A stretch of 64,000 nucleotides of DNA, from the NCBI GenBank assembly GCA_964508705.1, contig CAZDUS010000003.1, positions 16,453-80,452 of the forward strand, given 5' to 3'. Under the pieces are notes generated by a model that made no database searches, was not told the DNA's origin, and saw only the letters and a program-made list of their open reading frames with translations. A program made the translations under genes and the position numbers. Below are positions 30,160 through 39,303 of the stretch, piece after piece (positions within the stretch are counted from its first letter, which is position 1; each line of letters opens with the position of its first letter). This DNA comes from an uncultured Verrucomicrobiota bacterium. Its GTDB lineage: Bacteria; Verrucomicrobiota; Kiritimatiellia; CAIKKV01; CAITUY01.

Positions 30160-31591
30160 GGTTACAGGATTTATGGAATATGCGAGACAGGACGCAGGGT
30201 ATCGCCCGGTTGACGAGCGTCTTCGTGATTATAAGGCGGTTGAACTGCGGGCACCGGAGGTCAGGCTTATCGAGCAGGCGGCTCGTTGCATGGATTGCGG
30301 AACCCCATTCTGCCATGGATGTGGCTGTCCGCTGCAAAATGTGATTCCGGAGTTTAACGATCATGTATATCACAAGCGCTGGAACGAAGCGCTGGAAGTG
30401 CTGTTGGCGACAAATAATTTCCCGGAGTTCACCGGTAGGATATGTCCTGCGCCATGCGAGGGGTCGTGCGTGCTGGGAATCAATAATGAACCTGTTTCGA
30501 TCCGGCAAATCGAATTGGAAATTGCAGAACACGCCTTTGAGAGTGGTTACCTGAAATCAAGGATACCCGCCAATCGGCGTAATGAGCGTGTGGCGGTCAT
30601 AGGTTCCGGGCCTGCAGGATTGGCGGTGGCTGATACCCTTAACCATGCAGGATATCACGTGGTGGTTTATGACAGCGCGGTCTGTGCCGGTGGAATCCTG
30701 AGATACGGGATTCCAGAGTTCAAGTTGGAGAAGTGGGTTGTTGAGCGGCGTATCAGGCTCATGGAGTCTGAAGGAGTTGATTTTGAAATGGGCGTCAGGG
30801 TGGGGGAAGACATCTCCTATCGCTACCTTCAAGGCCGGTTTGACGCCATTTGCCTGTGTGCCGGGGCGCGTAATCCCAGGGATCTTTCCGTTGCCGGGCG
30901 TGAGCTCGGTGGTATTCATTTTGCAATGGATTTTCTTGTCCAGCAGAACAAGCTCCTGAATGGCGAACCCCTTGAGGCGGCAACGTCGATTCATGCGGGC
31001 GGGAAACATGTTGTGGTGATTGGCGGCGGAGATACCGGCGCGGATTGTCTGGGAACTTCTTTGCGGCAGGGGGCGAAATCGGTGGTTCAATTGGAAATCC
31101 TTCCGCAACCACCGCCAACGCGGTCATTGGCCACACCATGGCCGATGTGGCCAACCATGTTACGACTCTCAAGCAGTCACAAGGAGGGTGGAGAGCGTCA
31201 TTGGAGCGTTGGAACCAAGGCGTTTCTTGGGGAGGATGGCAAGGTCAAGGAATTGCGGATTGTGGATGTTGAGTGGGTGTCTCCGTCGAATGGAGGACGC
31301 CCTGTCATGAAAGAGAAATCGGGTTCGGAGCGGGTTATTTCTGCTGATTTGGTTTTGCTGGCCATGGGATTTATGGGGCCCAAACCCAACCGGATTGTGA
31401 CTGATCTCGGTATTCGTACTGAATCCACAGGCGTCATTTGGCGGGATGCCAATAATATGACGAATGTGCCCGGTGTGTTTGTGTCCGGTGACATGTCGCT
31501 TGGGGCGACATTGGTGGTGCGAGCCATCAGTGATGGGCGAAAGGCCGCAATGGGGATTGCCCGGTACTTAGATGCAAAAGGGAAACGCTAA
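30152..31591 (+). CDS. gltD: glutamate synthase small subunit (NADPH)
   Basis: Trimmed to the ATG at 30152 ([10 protein letters not shown]), which overlaps the gltB stop. Cys cluster 'CMDCGTPFC' and dinucleotide fold '[10 protein letters not shown]'. Confidence 0.95.
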   Translation: MGKVTGFMEYARQDAGYRPVDERLRDYKAVELRAPEVRLIEQAARCMDCGTPFCHGCGCPLQNVIPEFNDHVYHKRWNEALEVLLATNNFPEFTGRICPAPCEGSCVLGINNEPVSIRQIELEIAEHAFESGYLKSRIPANRRNERVAVIGSGPAGLAVADTLNHAGYHVVVYDSAVCAGGILRYGIPEFKLEKWVVERRIRLMESEGVDFEMGVRVGEDISYRYLQGRFDAICLCAGARNPRDLSVAGRELGGIHFAMDFLVQQNKLLNGEPLEAATSIHAGGKHVVVIGGGDTGADCLGTSLRQGAKSVVQLEILPQPPPTRSLATPWPMWPTMLRLSSSHKEGGERHWSVGTKAFLGEDGKVKELRIVDVEWVSPSNGGRPVMKEKSGSERVISADLVLLAMGFMGPKPNRIVTDLGIRTESTGVIWRDANNMTNVPGVFVSGDMSLGATLVVRAISDGRKAAMGIARYLDAKGKR

Positions 31592-31802
31592 TATCTCCGG
31601 ATCTTTTCCGCATCCGAACATGTTACGGCAGTCAGGAGATCGTATGCCCTTGCCAAGATTGCTGATGCCTGGCAACGCGCCATGCCCTGCCGTGACCTTG
31701 ACGCCCCGCCCCCATCTCCGCTAAGGTCGATCCCATGAAGGTGCCCCTCATGACCTCTTCCAGCCAAGGTGTGCCAACGCCGCTGAAACGCTGAACCCCA
31801 TC

Positions 31803-32924
31803 ATGAAGAAGAAACAAACCATCCTGATCCTGTGCAGTCTTCTGACAGCCGCGGCGCACGCGGCCAGCCTCGAAAACGTCTGGATAGTGGGCAAAGAAGA
31901 TCTGTCGGCCGAACAGACCCGGCGGATTTCGGAGACCAGCCGCCTGCTCGTCATGATCCCCGGCGTCAGTTCTGGCGATACGAACGCCGCCGGCCGCTTC
32001 CTCGACGGAATCAGGGAAAAGGGCGGCTACGAACTGGCCCTCTTCTACGATTGGGAGACCGTTAATGTCGGCCGCAAGGTGGTCTCCCAGACCGCCACGA
32101 TCCCGGCAGCGCGCCGCCTTCTCTCGATCCTCGCCGGCAGTACGAACGCCGTCAACCCCGACCGCACGATCGACACCCTGGCACACAGCGCCGGTACCGT
32201 GGTGGCCAATCGCATGGCCATCGAGGCGACGGAGTCCGGCGTCGCCCTGAAACTCCGCCACGTTCTCCTGTTGGGTACGGCACTTTCATCCGATGAGCCG
32301 CTCACGGAACTGAAAGCCGCCACCGTAAGACTCGTGAACCTGCATTCGGACAACGACAAGGTGAACCGGAACGTGAATGACCGGGAAGGCCTTCTCGAGT
32401 CCTTGGACGGCGGCCGCTACCTGAACCTCCGGATGGACACAACGTTGAGCGGCAGGCCCATGCGTCACTACGAATTCCTGAGCGACCATCCGGAAAACCG
32501 CACGCCCTACGCCGCCTTCCTCAGCCGGGGAACGTGGCCCGAACCCCGGCCCGACCTGCCGCCGGACTGCGGACTTGAGGAACTGCACCGGTTCACCGTG
32601 GGTATGGCCACATCTACGACGTCCGTGGATGAGGCGGCCATTCGCAGCCTCATAGCCAATCCAAACCCGGATATCCGGTACTACGGCGTCATCCTCGCCG
32701 GGCTGTGCCGGGCCGCCGGCACCGTGCCCGAGTTGAAGGGCCTGCTGGAGGATGCCGGCACATCAACGGCCATCCGCAAGGAAGTCTACCAGACACTCGG
32801 AGCCCTACGTGACCCGGAGCTGGCCGGCTTCCTGCGCGAGATCACCGATCACAATCCCGAAAGCGCGGAGACGCTCCGCGACGTGCTCCGCGCCCTCAAG
32901 CGGGAACGCATCGAGCGCCCCTGA
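31803..32924 (+). CDS. secreted alpha/beta-hydrolase-like protein with C-terminal HEAT-like repeats
   Basis: 373 aa. Signal peptide 'MKKKQTILILCSLLTAAAHA', nucleophile-elbow-like 'LAHSAGT' and C-terminal HEAT-like repeats ('PDIRYYGVILAGL', 'ALRDPELAGFL'). The gene is visibly GC-rich. Confidence 0.5.
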   Translation: MKKKQTILILCSLLTAAAHAASLENVWIVGKEDLSAEQTRRISETSRLLVMIPGVSSGDTNAAGRFLDGIREKGGYELALFYDWETVNVGRKVVSQTATIPAARRLLSILAGSTNAVNPDRTIDTLAHSAGTVVANRMAIEATESGVALKLRHVLLLGTALSSDEPLTELKAATVRLVNLHSDNDKVNRNVNDREGLLESLDGGRYLNLRMDTTLSGRPMRHYEFLSDHPENRTPYAAFLSRGTWPEPRPDLPPDCGLEELHRFTVGMATSTTSVDEAAIRSLIANPNPDIRYYGVILAGLCRAAGTVPELKGLLEDAGTSTAIRKEVYQTLGALRDPELAGFLREITDHNPESAETLRDVLRALKRERIERP

Positions 32925-33453
32925 TTCCACGGCAGAATGCGTGCTGTCGGTCTCCTGAATATCAGTTCTCATCATCTTCGTGCCCGGGACGTCAGCCTTC
33001 ATGGGTTCCGAGCTTACCCGATGGAGGCCACAAGCGCGACAGGAAGGGCGAGCAATAATGTTCCGTTTTCTTCATCTGATCCCAACGATCACCTTGACCG
33101 TTTGGCAACCCAGCAGGGTTGACAATACAGTCGGAGGTGTTGTGTGCGCCCAGCATGGGCGCGTTTATAATGGGGTGACCTGCCTGCGCAATGCTACGCG
33201 TAGCGTTGCAGGCGGGAAGTGCCCTATAGGAGGACCGTCACGTGAAAATGAGAAAGATCTATTTCCTGCTAATTGCTAAGCGAGACCAACTTTGCCAAGG
33301 TAACTTGTTGGGGGGATGAAGGCTAGATGAAACCGGTGGGCGCGCGTACAGAAATCGAATATTGGACGTTGTTTCTTGGTTGCAGACTTTCTTGATTCTC
33401 AAGGGTGGATCTCCTGCCGCAGGCCCCCTTGCTGCTGCGGTAGTCGCTATCTT

Positions 33454-33822
33454 TTATTTCAAGGGCTGACGATCCGGCATGTGACACACTGGTATCACTC
33501 CCAACCGCAACAACATGGCCAGTTTCCGGGCATCGATCTTGTCTGTCTTGATCTGCGCCTCAGCAATCAGCCGGACTTTGTACGGATTAGCCACCGTTAT
33601 GGAATGAACCTTGTCGATCCCTTCCAGCACTTCATACAACCACGACCAATTCAATCCGCATTCATACACGACGGCTACCGGCCCATCCATCTCCTGAAAC
33701 ATATCCTTGAAAAGATGCGGATCGTTGTGTGCCACCTGCCGCTCCATGACAATCTTGCCTGTCTCGTCCTGGATGCTGACGACCGAGTAACTCTTATGAT
33801 AGTCTATGCCTGCGTAGTACAT
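33454..33822 (-). pseudogene. truncated IS110-family transposase/recombinase (N-terminal DEDD/RuvC-like domain only)
   Basis: 122 aa with 'YAGIDYHKSYSVV', 'VVYECGLNWSWL' and 'KTDKIDARKLA' matching the IS110 N-terminal domain. The ORF stops where the C-terminal catalytic domain should begin, and no continuation exists in any frame downstream. Confidence 0.8.
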
Positions 33823-33981
33823 GACAGAACCTCCATGGGTTGCGATGAGTTTTCATGGTCTCATCTTTCCTTGACGGGTATTATAACCGCGTCTTCTCGG
33901 AGGTTCTGTCTTTCATACTATCTGACCCCGATGGTTGCCGATGGTTGACGATGGGTGGCAGCAGGCTGTGGTTGGGTGACG
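33454..33981 (-). mobile_element. IS110-family element remnant (truncated recombinase plus 159-nt structured 5' non-coding end)
   Basis: The recombinase fragment is preceded by nested inverted repeats (GACAGAACCTCC/GGAGGTTCTGTC and GATGAG/CTCATC) and a TATAAT box. The element boundaries are not defined. Confidence 0.45.
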
Positions 33982-34347
33982 TCACTTGTTGACCTGCCAA
34001 AGGGCTCCTGCATTTCGTCCGAGGCCGACGGTGAACTTGCGGTTTACCGGAATCCAAAGGACTATATTCGTATCCGTGGCATACTCAATCTGGTACGAGT
34101 GCAGGAGTCGGAAGTCATCATTCGTCAATACGGCTCTCACACTCTCCGTGCTCATATCCTGAGTTCGTCCGTAGATTGAGGCCAGCAGGTCGGCAACTGG
34201 CTCGGCCTCTCCGTAGAGCCGAGCCCCTTTCAGGAATCGTCCAATAGGAACGGCGACTAGGCAAATCAGTGCAATGACAACAAAGCCGCCGATTACCTTC
34301 TTTCCGTTCATTCCGTCCTCACCCAGCTTATTATTATGACGCAACAT
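33982..34347 (-). CDS. hypothetical membrane-anchored small protein
   Basis: 121-aa ORF with TM helix 'VIGGFVVIALICLVAVPI' and no recognisable motif. An alternative start (MNGKK) is at 34311. Confidence 0.35.
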   Translation of the reverse strand: MLRHNNKLGEDGMNGKKVIGGFVVIALICLVAVPIGRFLKGARLYGEAEPVADLLASIYGRTQDMSTESVRAVLTNDDFRLLHSYQIEYATDTNIVLWIPVNRKFTVGLGRNAGALWQVNK

Positions 34348-34549
34348 TCTGTCTCTTTAACCAGAAATATTAACTCCGTAGCATCACTGTGTAACTACTT
34401 GCCACTCTAAACTCAAGAGTCTAATCAGTGTCTTTTTTCGATTCCGATTCTCTGGGTCCTTCTTCTGAATACATGATCAGAGATGTTCCCTTTGGTAATG
34501 TTTTAGTGTCTAAATGTACGGTATGAATTCTTTCTTATCCTGCAACTTA

Positions 34550-34565
34550 TGGCATGATGTTGGCG
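34550..34565 (+). promoter_or_regulatory. weak sigma-54-like -24/-12 element upstream of the GH3 gene
   Basis: TGGCATGATGTTGGCG has GG/GC at the canonical 12-nt offset, but the -12 box is imperfect (TGGCG vs TTGCW). It lies ~150 nt upstream of the GH3 start. Confidence 0.25.
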
Positions 34566-34712
34566 CGATTAGGGAGTTGGGGTGACGATGCGTCGATCTC
34601 TTCCGCGAGGTTGAGGGGCGATACGGGAAATACGGTTGTGACCCGGAGGGAGCAAGTTCGACAGCCGTGGCGGGCCGGGAGATGAGTTAAGTACATAATA
34701 AAGGAGTCGAGC

Positions 34713-36485
34713 GTGAATGCCGTTATTGAAAAACGAATCAGTGACATCATTGGAAAACTAACCCTAGAAGACAAAGTCGGCCAGGTGCTGACGATGAATC
34801 ACACCGGTTGTGGGTTTACTTCTTTCGAGAAGAGATATATCAACAAGTACCGTTGTGGCGGGTTGCGGATCACGCCGCACATCAGTGCCGATGTCTATGA
34901 TGGCAGCGACACCTTCCTGTATCGCAAACTCGCCCCGTACGCGGGGCCGGAGGATCTCGCGCGGGTATTGAGGCGTCTCCAGGAAGCGGCCCTCGAGCGT
35001 AACGGCATTCCGCTCCATCTTGTTACCGACCAGGAGGGGGACCTCTCCATCGATCTCATTCGCGGCGGGATCCATCTGTTTCCCTCGTCAATGGGCATTG
35101 CGGCGACGGGTGATCTTGACCTGGCTTATCGTTGCGCCCTGTCCATCGCCCGGCAGTTGAGGGCGCAGGGGATCAATTGGTTGCACAGCCCCGAAGTGGA
35201 TGTGAATGTCCAGCCGGAAAACCCCGAGGTTGGTATGCGCGCCTTTTCGGATGATCCCCAGCGATGCGGGGAATTCGGAATCGCGATGATGCGCGGGTTC
35301 CTGGACGGCGGCGTGATGCCGACGGCTAAGCATTTCCCCGGCCGGGGCGACTCTGTGACCGATGCCCACGACGAGCTGGATGTTTCGCGGAAACCACGCG
35401 AGGCGATGGATGCCTGCGAGTTGCTGCCCTACAGAGAAATGATCAAGTCGGGATTCCCCTTCGCGGTGATGACGGCCCATCAGGGCTTTACGGCGCTGGA
35501 TCCGTCGAATACGCCGGCCTCCCTGTCCTACAAGATGACCACCGAACTTCTGAGGCAGGAGATGGGTTTCAAGGGTGTGATCACTACCGATGCCATCGGG
35601 ATGCATGGTGCCATTGATTTTGCCGGGTCCGTGCCAGCGGCCGTTCTGATGGCCCTCCAGGCCGGGGCGGACCTTGTCCTGGTCAAGAATCCGGAACATG
35701 AGACTGAAGCCTCATTCAATCTCGTCCTGCAGGCCGTCAAGCAGAAGAAGCTTATTGAGCGGGATCTTGATGAGAAGGTGAAGCGGATTCTTGAGGCGAA
35801 GTTCCAGCTTGGACTCTTTGATGAGAATGCCTTGCCGGTGCTGGGAAAGGCCATGGATCCTGTGAGGGATGAAACGATACAGCTCACCTGCGAGGAGGTG
35901 TTCCGCAGGGCGTCGCTGGTTACCCGGGATCGTGATGGACTGCTGCCCTTGTCCAAGGACATGAAGGTGCTTGTCGTTGAGCAGTACATATCGCTTTATC
36001 ATGAAAAGGGGAACGATGTTCACTATCATTCGGGCATGTTCAGTGAATACATGCGGGAGTTCGGTAATCCCGGCAATATCATCTCCATTGAAACCATGAC
36101 GCCGCCCACTGCGGATGACGAGCGGCGGTTGTTTGAACGTTTGGACAAGGTGGATGTGGTGGTGTTCTCCAATATATTCTGGCGCGGTAGCGGTTCCAAC
36201 CGCGAGCTTGCCCGGAAAGTGGCAGCGACCGGCAAGAAGGTCATCCTGGCGACGAACGACCTCTACGACAGCCATTTTTTGCCTTCCGTTGGGACGGTGC
36301 TTTGCACGTTTGGAGCGGTTCCGCAGGGGCAGAAGGCGGCGGCGAAGATCATTTTCGGAATCCTTAAGCCCGAAGGCCGATGGCCCTTAAGCGGGCTCAA
36401 AATGGATAAGCCCGTAGCTGCTGACAAGGTGGTCAGCCATAAGGTTGCTGGTCACTTTGCTGTGGAAAAATCGCCAGGGAAGTGA
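34713..36485 (+). CDS. glycoside hydrolase family 3 (beta-hexosaminidase/beta-glucosidase-like)
   Basis: 590 aa with 'KVGQVL', 'DQEGD' and 'KHFPGRGDSVTDAH'. No signal peptide. GTG start with an AAAGGAG RBS. Confidence 0.9.
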   Translation: MNAVIEKRISDIIGKLTLEDKVGQVLTMNHTGCGFTSFEKRYINKYRCGGLRITPHISADVYDGSDTFLYRKLAPYAGPEDLARVLRRLQEAALERNGIPLHLVTDQEGDLSIDLIRGGIHLFPSSMGIAATGDLDLAYRCALSIARQLRAQGINWLHSPEVDVNVQPENPEVGMRAFSDDPQRCGEFGIAMMRGFLDGGVMPTAKHFPGRGDSVTDAHDELDVSRKPREAMDACELLPYREMIKSGFPFAVMTAHQGFTALDPSNTPASLSYKMTTELLRQEMGFKGVITTDAIGMHGAIDFAGSVPAAVLMALQAGADLVLVKNPEHETEASFNLVLQAVKQKKLIERDLDEKVKRILEAKFQLGLFDENALPVLGKAMDPVRDETIQLTCEEVFRRASLVTRDRDGLLPLSKDMKVLVVEQYISLYHEKGNDVHYHSGMFSEYMREFGNPGNIISIETMTPPTADDERRLFERLDKVDVVVFSNIFWRGSGSNRELARKVAATGKKVILATNDLYDSHFLPSVGTVLCTFGAVPQGQKAAAKIIFGILKPEGRWPLSGLKMDKPVAADKVVSHKVAGHFAVEKSPGK

Positions 36486-36602
36486 AGCATGCACATCCGT
36501 GCACCGATGATTTGCAAAACCGAACTACTTAGGTAGTCTGAATTCAGGATTCAGAAGTCATAAGTCAGAATGGACGACGCAAAGAGAATTAATGTTCGGT
36601 CT

Positions 36603-36629
36603 GCGGCCGTGTACGGCTGCATTTTTTTT
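36603..36629 (+). terminator. rho-independent terminator after the GH3 gene
   Basis: GCGGCCG-TGTA-CGGCTGC forms a 7-bp stem with one G-U pair and is followed by A-TTTTTTTT. Confidence 0.8.
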
Positions 36630-36763
36630 GTCCTGCGAGCGATGATTCTTGCGTTTGCTATTCTGTATTCTGAATACCTGTGTGTTGTGACTGAGGATTT
36701 AGAGGTTTGGCAGAAGGCCCAACATAATATATTCTAATTGTGAAGATTCATAAAGGAGAAGCA

Positions 36764-39277
36764 ATGGATAAGATAGGCAAGGACCTTTTTATCAACACGG
36801 ATTTCGATCGATCGCTGGCGAAAGTCAGTTTTACCACGCCGGACGGTTTTAACCGGTGCCGGTGGGAGATTCTCGATGGGGAGAGTGTGGTTGTCGGGGG
36901 CGAGCTCGATCTCGAGCCCGGCAAATGCGCCGCCTTGGAGGTTTCCCTGCCGGGGTTCAAGCCCTGGCATGTGGACAGCCCGGCACTTTACCGGTTGCGG
37001 CTTGAGTTGTCCGGAACCGGCGGCACGGAGGCCGTAGAGGAGCTGTTCGGCATGCGCAAGCTCAGCGCCACTGCCGAGGGTGTGTTCGTCAATAACGCGC
37101 CATTCCTGATCCGCGGCTATATCCGCGGGCGGGAGGCCCATGACCACGAGAATCTGGCATCCCTGCCGCTCGAGGAGTTCTACGCGAAGCAGTTCAGGGC
37201 GGCCAAGGCCTTCGGCTTTAACTTTGTCCGTTTCCATTCACGTATCCCGCCGGAGGAATGCCTGCGCGCCGCCGACCGGCTTGGGATGTTCGTGCATGTC
37301 GAGATCCGCAAGTACTACGGCAAGTACCAGAAGGAACGTTTCTTCATGGACGACCACGGGCTCGTGGATGAGAAAGATTGGCGTGAGGCGATCCTACGCA
37401 TCCGAAACCACCCCAGCCTTATGTTCTACTGCCTGGGCAACGAAATCCGCCATCCGGGTGTGAATCCCCGCGTGGAATATCTAGCCGGCGTCACCCGCGA
37501 GCTCGACACCAGTCGTTTCTTCATCGACACCTGTGCCCATGGCGAAGTTGACCGCACCTATGTGGACGTGGATGTGCAACATATGAGCTACTACTTTCCG
37601 TTCGGGAAGACCGCTGACATGTACGACAACACCTACAACTGGGGCATCTATGGATCCGCGAAGGGGATTCCGCTTACCGAGGCTGAGCCAGGTGAAGAGC
37701 CTGCCTGGCGTGTGAACCGCACCCTTACCGCCCGCTGCCCGGTGCTGGCCCATGAGATCTGCCACTATGTCGCCTGGCGTGACCTCAATGCGCTCGACCG
37801 CAAGTTCAAGAAGGCCAAGGCCGCTAGGCCCTGGTGGATCGACGAGCTGAAGAAACTCGTGGAACTCAAGGATATGAAGAAGGACTATGCGAAGTGCATG
37901 GAAGCCAGCCAGCGCTTCCAGTTACTGGGCTGGAAGCTCGGGATCGAGGCGGCGCGGCGCAGCAAGATTCTCAGCGGATTTCACTTCCTGCAATTCTGCG
38001 ACACGGAGCGGTACGAGAATTCCAATGGCATTGTGGACTGTTTCGATGACTACAAGGGCATTGACCGCAAGGGATTCCTGCTGTTCAACGCTGAAAGCGT
38101 GGTGCTGGCCGACCTTCCGCGGCGCACTTTCTTTGAAGGTGAACGCCTCATGGTGCCGGTCATCGTCTCGCATTTTGACCCGGCGATGAAAGGCGAGGCG
38201 GAGTTGCGATTCCGTCTGAAGAGTCTTAACGGCGGGAAGGTGCTGATGAAGGGTTCCCTCGGTAAGATGGACATGAATCGTCACGGACGCTACGAGATCG
38301 CCAATCTGGACTTGGTTCTACCCGCGATTTCCGCGCCGGAGGCCCTGGTGCTGGAGTGCGAGATCAAGGGCAAGGAATGTGCGATCAAGAATTCGTGGAA
38401 TCTCTGGCTGTATTCCAACCGGCCGGCGGCGTTGCCGGGATTTGACGCGGTGGTCGCGCTGGACGAGGTCAATCTCGGGATGCGTTATCCGCAGATCCGC
38501 TCCGTGAAATCGGCGAAAATGATGATTGCCAACCGGTTCAGCGAGGCGCTTTTCAAGCATCTCGAGAAGGGTGGCGATGGGCTGTTGCTGTACCGCGTGC
38601 CGGAAACACGGGACCGCCGTGACCCATCGGCGCTTCCGGAAAAGTTCTACCTGCCGGCCACATGGGATCGCCTCAAGGGGGTAATCTGGGATCGCGGACA
38701 CAACTGCGGCGCCTTTGCGCGCCCGAGCAAGGCGCTTGCCGGGTTCCCCAACGACGGGTTCCTTGACCTGCAGTACCACGGAATTGTGGATGACAGCGAC
38801 AAGATCTGCCTCGATGGCTTCCCCGTGGCATTGGAACCGATCCTGCAGGGCGTGGACAAGGCGGCTCGGGATCGTTTTGATATTCACGACTACAAGCTCT
38901 CCGAGTTGCAGCCGGAGTACACGATGCGAAAGTTCGCCTATCTCTTCGAGTTGCGCGTTGGCCGTGGAAGGCTGCTGGTGAGCGGGTTTAATTTCACGGG
39001 CTTGAATCGTGGTGTGCCGGAAGCGGCCGCCATGTTCGAATCGCTTGTGCGGTATGTCCGAGGTAGCGCGTTCAAACCTGCCGCCAAGATGACGGTCAAG
39101 GCATTGCGCGATTACCTGGTTGCCAAGGGCAAGGCACCGCGGGTTCGGGAGCGCAAGATGACCCAGTACTGGCAGCTCAATGAGGAGCCCCTGGAAAGCG
39201 CCAAATACTGGCGCGAGTCCAATGAGTATATCGACGGCAAGGGCCGGTGGTCGCACCGCCGGAAGTCAAAGGCGTAA
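36764..39277 (+). CDS. glycoside hydrolase family 2-like TIM-barrel glycosidase
   Basis: ~837 aa from the ATG at 36764 (MDKIGKD), with an AAAGGAGAAG RBS. 'GFNFVRFHSRIP' and 'CLGNEI' are consistent with a clan GH-A catalytic barrel. No signal peptide. Confidence 0.65.
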   Translation: MDKIGKDLFINTDFDRSLAKVSFTTPDGFNRCRWEILDGESVVVGGELDLEPGKCAALEVSLPGFKPWHVDSPALYRLRLELSGTGGTEAVEELFGMRKLSATAEGVFVNNAPFLIRGYIRGREAHDHENLASLPLEEFYAKQFRAAKAFGFNFVRFHSRIPPEECLRAADRLGMFVHVEIRKYYGKYQKERFFMDDHGLVDEKDWREAILRIRNHPSLMFYCLGNEIRHPGVNPRVEYLAGVTRELDTSRFFIDTCAHGEVDRTYVDVDVQHMSYYFPFGKTADMYDNTYNWGIYGSAKGIPLTEAEPGEEPAWRVNRTLTARCPVLAHEICHYVAWRDLNALDRKFKKAKAARPWWIDELKKLVELKDMKKDYAKCMEASQRFQLLGWKLGIEAARRSKILSGFHFLQFCDTERYENSNGIVDCFDDYKGIDRKGFLLFNAESVVLADLPRRTFFEGERLMVPVIVSHFDPAMKGEAELRFRLKSLNGGKVLMKGSLGKMDMNRHGRYEIANLDLVLPAISAPEALVLECEIKGKECAIKNSWNLWLYSNRPAALPGFDAVVALDEVNLGMRYPQIRSVKSAKMMIANRFSEALFKHLEKGGDGLLLYRVPETRDRRDPSALPEKFYLPATWDRLKGVIWDRGHNCGAFARPSKALAGFPNDGFLDLQYHGIVDDSDKICLDGFPVALEPILQGVDKAARDRFDIHDYKLSELQPEYTMRKFAYLFELRVGRGRLLVSGFNFTGLNRGVPEAAAMFESLVRYVRGSAFKPAAKMTVKALRDYLVAKGKAPRVRERKMTQYWQLNEEPLESAKYWRESNEYIDGKGRWSHRRKSKA

Positions 39278-39303
39278 CCTGAGCGCAACAAAGCGTTGCC
39301 GGT

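Noticed and set aside
31692-31708. CTGGCAACGCGCCATGC as a sigma-54 promoter for the hydrolase/HEAT gene.
   Set aside because: The GG-to-GC offset is 13 nt rather than 12, and the -12 box is poor.
31632-32261. 209-aa minus-strand ORF overlapping the start of the hydrolase/HEAT gene.
   Set aside because: It is a Gly/Arg/Ala-rich mirror-frame product of a GC-rich gene, with no motif, no RBS and no signal of independent coding.
33118-33172. TTGACA ... TATAAT pair as a sigma-70 promoter in the non-coding 32.9-33.4-kb stretch.
   Set aside because: The spacing between the boxes is ~41 nt, far from the functional 16-18 nt, and there is no downstream gene.
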